A stretch of 63,770 nucleotides of DNA, filler included, from Piptocephalis cylindrospora (lineage: Eukaryota), in NCBI GenBank assembly GCA_003614145.1. It is 3 parts of 3 records of this genome, joined end to end, with 100 filler letters (N's around TTAATTAATTAA, not from the genome) between each part and the next. Parts side by side here need not be neighbours in the genome. Positions count along the whole stretch, not along the records: positions 44,178 to 63,770 come from KZ987819.1; 2 more parts are not named here. One strand, given 5' to 3'. Shown one piece after another: positions 59,036 through 63,770 of the stretch. Positions within the stretch are counted from its first letter, which is position 1. Each line of letters begins with the position of its first letter. A program made the translations under genes and the position numbers. The notes beneath the pieces were generated by a model. That model was not told the DNA's origin. It made no database searches and worked only from the letters and a program-made list of their open reading frames with translations.

Positions 59036-61377
59036 ATGCCGCTATCACCATCCAATCCTTCCTCTCCGGCCAACCCAGGATCCTCAGTCTCCTCAACACC
59101 CCTTCCGCCTGGAGATCCATCAACTAGTGGAACGGAGAGTCCACTCACCGAACGGTACATCCTATGGGAACGCAGCTATACCCGATCAGTCTTTCCCTTA
59201 CTCCCACCGGCCTCGATCCAGGACCCAGCCAAGGACCCGGTCCTTGAAGGCTATCGTCTTTACCTGGTCCTTCAATGGTGTGTTCATTTTTCTTTCATAT
59301 CATCAGACAATCCACTCATCCTAATTCATATCCGCCTCCTGACGGAATAGGGTAATTGAAAGGAGAAGTTGTTGCTCCGTGGCTGTATTCACTGGACAGC
59401 GCAAGGACCAGATCCGGGTAGTCCCGGTTCGATCCACCAAAGATGCCATTTTGTACGTTCTACAATCCTCTCTAGTAGATCTTCGACCCAGGGAGGTACG
59501 TAATATGGTTTATAATTATCGGCGCTCCAAGTAGAGGAAAATGGGGCCTGTATTCTTTATTGGTAACGACAAGCACAACATCCTAATCATCGGCCACCCT
59601 CCCGCTCCCCTTATAGACTCCTCTAGGATGCATTATGGTCACCTCCCTCAACACCCTTCCGGCCGAACTTACCCTCATCAGCATCCCCCACGGGGATTAC
59701 GATGGGTGTCTGGCTTCGGCCTATCAAATGATTGGCCTTCAGAGGTTTGGCTGTCTTGGACGGTCCCTTCCTAGTCTCTCCAGTGTCACGTACGTTCCTC
59801 TCTGGGGAAGAGGGTAATATGCCATTGACTCACTCCTATGTTCTATGATTAGGGATATGCAAAAGGAAAAGTTCTACAGGCTCTACTGCATCCATCCGGA
59901 TGTTCCATTAGAAGTCGCGGTCCTAGAACTCATTCGACTCATCCAAACCTGTTTAAGATTGACTGGGTGGACCCACATTGTTCCTGATGGACTTGGCTGT
60001 GAAAGGACCATTGGGGCAGTTAGATCTTTTTTTGCTCAAGAGGATTTTGACTGGGCCGAGGTAGATCCTTTTTAGGGTTGTTGTGAATATTCATAGCTCC
60101 ATGTTGATCCTAATCCCTCATATCGTCCCATATCCCATAGAATGAAGAAGCTCCCTTGGATCCGGCGAGGGTTTCCATCCTACTCAGTAGAATCCACGTT
60201 GCTTGGTCCCGATTAAGCACCCTTGGATACCATGTAAGCCCTTTGGAGAAGGGAGGAAGATGGTGCTTTTCTAATTTAATCCTTTCATGGCAATTCCTAG
60301 TCCAAAAAAGATTCCTTGAATGAACCCATCCTCTTCATGGAAGCCATTGCCACCTTCCAGGTTTGTAGAGTGGTGGGGGTGGGATGAGGGTCCAACTTTA
60401 TCATCTAATCCAATTTGCATTCTTAGTCGGATCATCGATTGCAACCCACTGGGTTTTTGGACCATGAGACAACTAGGGCAATCAAGACAGCTGCCATTTC
60501 CAGTGCAGGGGGACTCAAGGTTCGAAAGGTAAGGAAATTCTTGCTCCGTATTTACTAATTGTGTCAATAAGAGTCATCGCCGCTTCCCTTGCTCATCCCA
60601 TTTCTTCTTTAGGCATTGAAAAGTAAAATCGAGGATATCGCAGGTAAATCTACTATCCTTTCCTTGAAACTTCGTCCAAGACATCGATTTATCAACTCTC
60701 TCCCTCTCTCTCTCTTCTTATCAATGTCGCTTAGGAACGGAAAAGGCTGGAGAGCTTACGGCAGAAACTCCGGATCTATATTACTTGGCACAAAATTGTC
60801 AGACTGAGCCGGGAAAGTACCTATTTCGTGGAAAGGGAAAGCCCCCTAACCTAGGGGTTAACCATGCAGGTTTAAACCCACCGGCTCCTTCCTCGCTTCA
60901 CGGAGGTCGGTCCGCGGATTCTGGGTCCTCTGGGGCCGTGCCCATAGTAGCTTCCTCCTTGGGTCATACTCCGGTAGGGGTTCCTCAGAATGTGGGGGAA
61001 TCCAATCATTATCTTTCTCGGGAGATTGGAAGGTTCTTGAAGCGGGGAGTTACGGGCCTTGCCCGGACTGGCGAAGCCGTGAACACTGGAGTCAAGAAGG
61101 GTATTAAAGCGGCCATCCCCGGCGTTGGACGTGACGGACCTGGCGAGGGACGAGAAGGGTAAGTTTCTGTGTAATGAGGCTTGGATCAGGAGTTAAAGCG
61201 GTGAGGAGCTGTGGGTTCTCATTATTCATCACTTCACCCTAGATACTCTGATACTGGGATCTACAAGGGCCGTCGGAATATCCCTCCCGATCACCCTTAC
61301 TCTCCTTCAGAGGCCATCAATACAGGTGAGGTGCTTTGTTAATAAAGAAAAGAGGGACCCATCATCTCTAATTATCC

Positions 61378-61415
<38 letters not shown>

Positions 61416-62354
61416 GGCATGAGTGGAGCTCTATGGAACCTTAGCCCAGCCAATAGTCCATCTTATTACGAGACGGCCCCAAGAGACCTTCCAAGCCCTT
61501 TGCCTATCTCAAGACCCGGAAGATCTAGATCCTTAGGAAGTATTCCCGGGGAGGCCCATTCCCGGGGAATTCACCGACGTTGGCAGGGTAGATTGGGGAT
61601 AGGGGCTTTGGGGGGTGAAGAGGAAGGGGGGGCAAGGGGCAGTGTCATGGCCCGACCCCACTCGGGGCTATCTCCTTCCTCTGCCTCAGCACACTCCTCC
61701 TCCCTCTCCGTCCCTCCCTATCCGGATTCCACACAAGGTCCTCTTCGTCGGGTTGTCTCCCTACCCGAGGTATCTGACGGAGATCTTTCCTTCATCATCC
61801 CTGCCCCCAGATTTCAAATACAAGTAGGTCCCCGGGTTATGGCAGCATATCAAGAGATTGCCGATCACTTTCATGCCCTTGACCAGGAAGTGGAGGATCT
61901 TGAGGTAAGTGGTCATGAGATAGTGCCTTTTGACCTGTTATCTTACATCTTTCCTTAGACTCTTCTTCGAGAGTGCGATCTACACGTGGATGAACTAGAA
62001 GAAGCTGTCGCCCAAAGGGAAAGGGATCATGAAAAGATTAAGGGCATGGTGAAAAGGGCCCTTGAGGCTTTCCAGACCCGGCAAGAAGAGGTGGAGGGGG
62101 CTGCTGGGGAGAATGCTCGGCTGCAGTATGGTCAAGGCGATTTGAATGAGACGATGAGTGACTTGGATCGTGGGTTACGGGAGTACGGCCTTAAGGTGCG
62201 TTTTTTCAATAAGGGTTCCTGTCAGGAGATGTCTCTATACTAATCATGCGATCCGATCTAGGCTGAGCATATGGAAACCCTACTCCCAGGACCCACTGCG
62301 TGGAATGTGGGATCCTTAAAGGAGTGGCTGGTCTCCTTTTGGACTCAAGCTTAA
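59036..62354 (+). CDS. STB6/STB2 (Sin3-binding)-like protein, many short exons, C-terminal coiled coil
   Basis: LEGYRLYLVLQW|V..VFTG, MVTSLNTLPAELTLISIPHGD, QRFGCLGRS, VLELIRLIQTCL..DGLGCERT and ET.DL; exons join in frame through GT-AG introns. Confidence 0.72.
61381..61414. repeat. (CT)n microsatellite forming an intron polypyrimidine tract
   Basis: About 16 CT units immediately before a TAG acceptor. Confidence 0.85.
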
Positions 62355-62425
62355 GCCGCCCCTGCTTTCCAAGTCATAGATACCCTTGTACAACAGTCGT
62401 TCATTCCTCTAGTTAACCAACCACA

Positions 62426-63054
62426 CTACTCTTTGCCTTCTATCTCCTCCCGCTCCACAGCCGAAATCTCGGAGGCAAGGGCCTTGGCCCTCTTGGCTTC
62501 GAGTTGATTCATCTTGACAACAATATCCATCATCTGTCGGCTTTTTCTGGCCTCCTGATACCGACATACTTCCCTGTGGATGATGAGTATGAGGCAAAAA
62601 GTCAGTGGTGATAGGATGGAACCCATGAGAATGGGATAGAGTCATCCATAAAGGGGTCTTTCTTACCAAACACCCACGGAAATGGCACAAAATGTCCCTA
62701 TGGCCCAGTTGCATGCCCTTGGTATCTTGCCTAGGAGGAGAGGTGTAGTGTCAGTGGGACAGGGAAGGTCATGGTCGTAGCTTTCCTCTGAACGTACGGT
62801 GAACGAGAAAATGGATCATGCCTACACCAGTTCCAGTAGCAAGGCCAGTCAGAAAGGCCTTTCGACCACAAGAGAGACGAGTCACGCGTTGGAAATCTTC
62901 CATACGCGTCGCCTATCCCAAGTGAAACGCGATGTAAAATGGGTCAGCGCTGTAGGTTACGATATTCTTTTCCACTACTCCAAGTACCTACCTGAAGGCG
63001 ATCCCAGATACTTGAGGAAGGCTGTTGGGGATCCCTTTCTACTGCATCGGTCAT
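62426..63054 (-). CDS. COX20: Cytochrome c oxidase assembly factor COX20, four exons
   Basis: MTDAVERDPQQPSSSIWDRLQ|ATRMEDFQRVTRLSCGRKAFLTGLATGTGVGMIHF..RACNWAIGTFCAISVGVW|EVCRYQE: the Cys-TM-NWA-TM-WExC pattern of COX20. Confidence 0.82.
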
Positions 63055-63304
63055 GGTGTGTATGGGATAGTATTGGTGTTTGGCGATGTTCTTTTATTGT
63101 GGAGGGAGAAAGGATGTTTTTTCTTGTTTCTGATTCAACACTGCTGAATGTGCCACAGTAAACACGCACCAAGAGACAGGGAACACAAATACTGAAGTGT
63201 AATGTGCTTGGACACATGTCTGTGAAGATTATTCCTTGCAGCACGACGGTTACCCAATACCGAATGCATTGCCTGAATCATTAAGGACTGTACTTTAAAT
63301 GTAT

Positions 63305-63398
63305 ATTTTATTTTATTTTATTTTATTTTATTCTATCCCTATCCCTATCCCCATCCCTATCCCTATCCCTATCCCTATCCCTATCCCTATCCCTATCC
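63305..63398. repeat. Compound repeat: (ATTTT) about 5.5 copies followed by (CCCTAT) about 11 copies
   Basis: Read directly; one CCCCAT variant unit. Confidence 0.9.
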
Positions 63399-63770
63399 TC
63401 TTTCTCTCCAGTATGAAGCTCACTCGCTATCACTATGCATTCCTCTCTATTTTATTACTGACATCTCTTAGTATGATGATAAATTGGATACGATCCTCTA
63501 GAGGGGACCTCTTCCCACCTGTTCCGCACATCTTGCAGATGATAGATATGACACCAGCGGCTTCTTCGTGCCTCCCTCCTCCCCGAAGGATGGGCGCGCG
63601 CATGTGCCCCCCCGCCCCCGCCCGACCCGACCAACCCCCCCACACCCCACCCACTACTACCCCCACCCCCCCTCCCTCACAGATTTTGGCTAGGGGGACC
63701 CCCCCCCCAAAATGGAGGATAAACATGAGCCATTCGGGGGAAAATGCTGGCTTTTTGGAGAGAGAGAAGC

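Noticed and set aside
1..63770. Transposons, CRISPR arrays, rRNA, spliceosomal snRNAs, TPP riboswitch
   Set aside because: I found no transposase or reverse transcriptase ORF, terminal repeats, spacer arrays or diagnostic RNA motifs by eye. A covariance-model scan would be needed to exclude small RNAs.

Overview
Gene-dense genomic DNA from an early-diverging fungus. Introns are mostly 60-150 nt GT-AG and the genetic code is standard. The gene style suggests a zoopagomycete mycoparasite such as Piptocephalis, but that is a guess. Two 100-bp scaffold gaps carry a TTAATTAATTAA spacer. I reconstruct about 24 protein-coding loci by hand: a giant RIM15/Greatwall-type kinase, two tandem degenerate NAD-epimerase/SDR paralogs, a Nudix hydrolase, partial TSR1, SSADH, a cytochrome P450, a two-domain ceruloplasmin-like multicopper oxidase, two DMT-like membrane proteins, MET30/sconB, two tandem secreted paralogs, FYV10/MAEA, RPL14, an eIF5B fragment, a partial MATE transporter, a 7TM receptor-like gene, PRP9, FAL1/eIF4A-III, GND1, a small zinc-finger protein, an STB6-like gene and COX20. 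There is also an initiator tRNA-Met. Main observations that the ORF track does not show: (1) a small secreted Cys-rich gene interrupted by one in-frame TAG; (2) +1 frame breaks at C-runs inside RIM15 and the MATE gene; (3) a RIM15 receiver domain that keeps its phospho-acceptor Asp; (4) a stand-alone two-domain ceruloplasmin-like oxidase; (5) a structured, H/ACA-like element in the long RPL14 intron; (6) a GC-AG intron; (7) an apparently exact 264-bp tandem duplication. Family calls come from motif recognition only; no searches were run.
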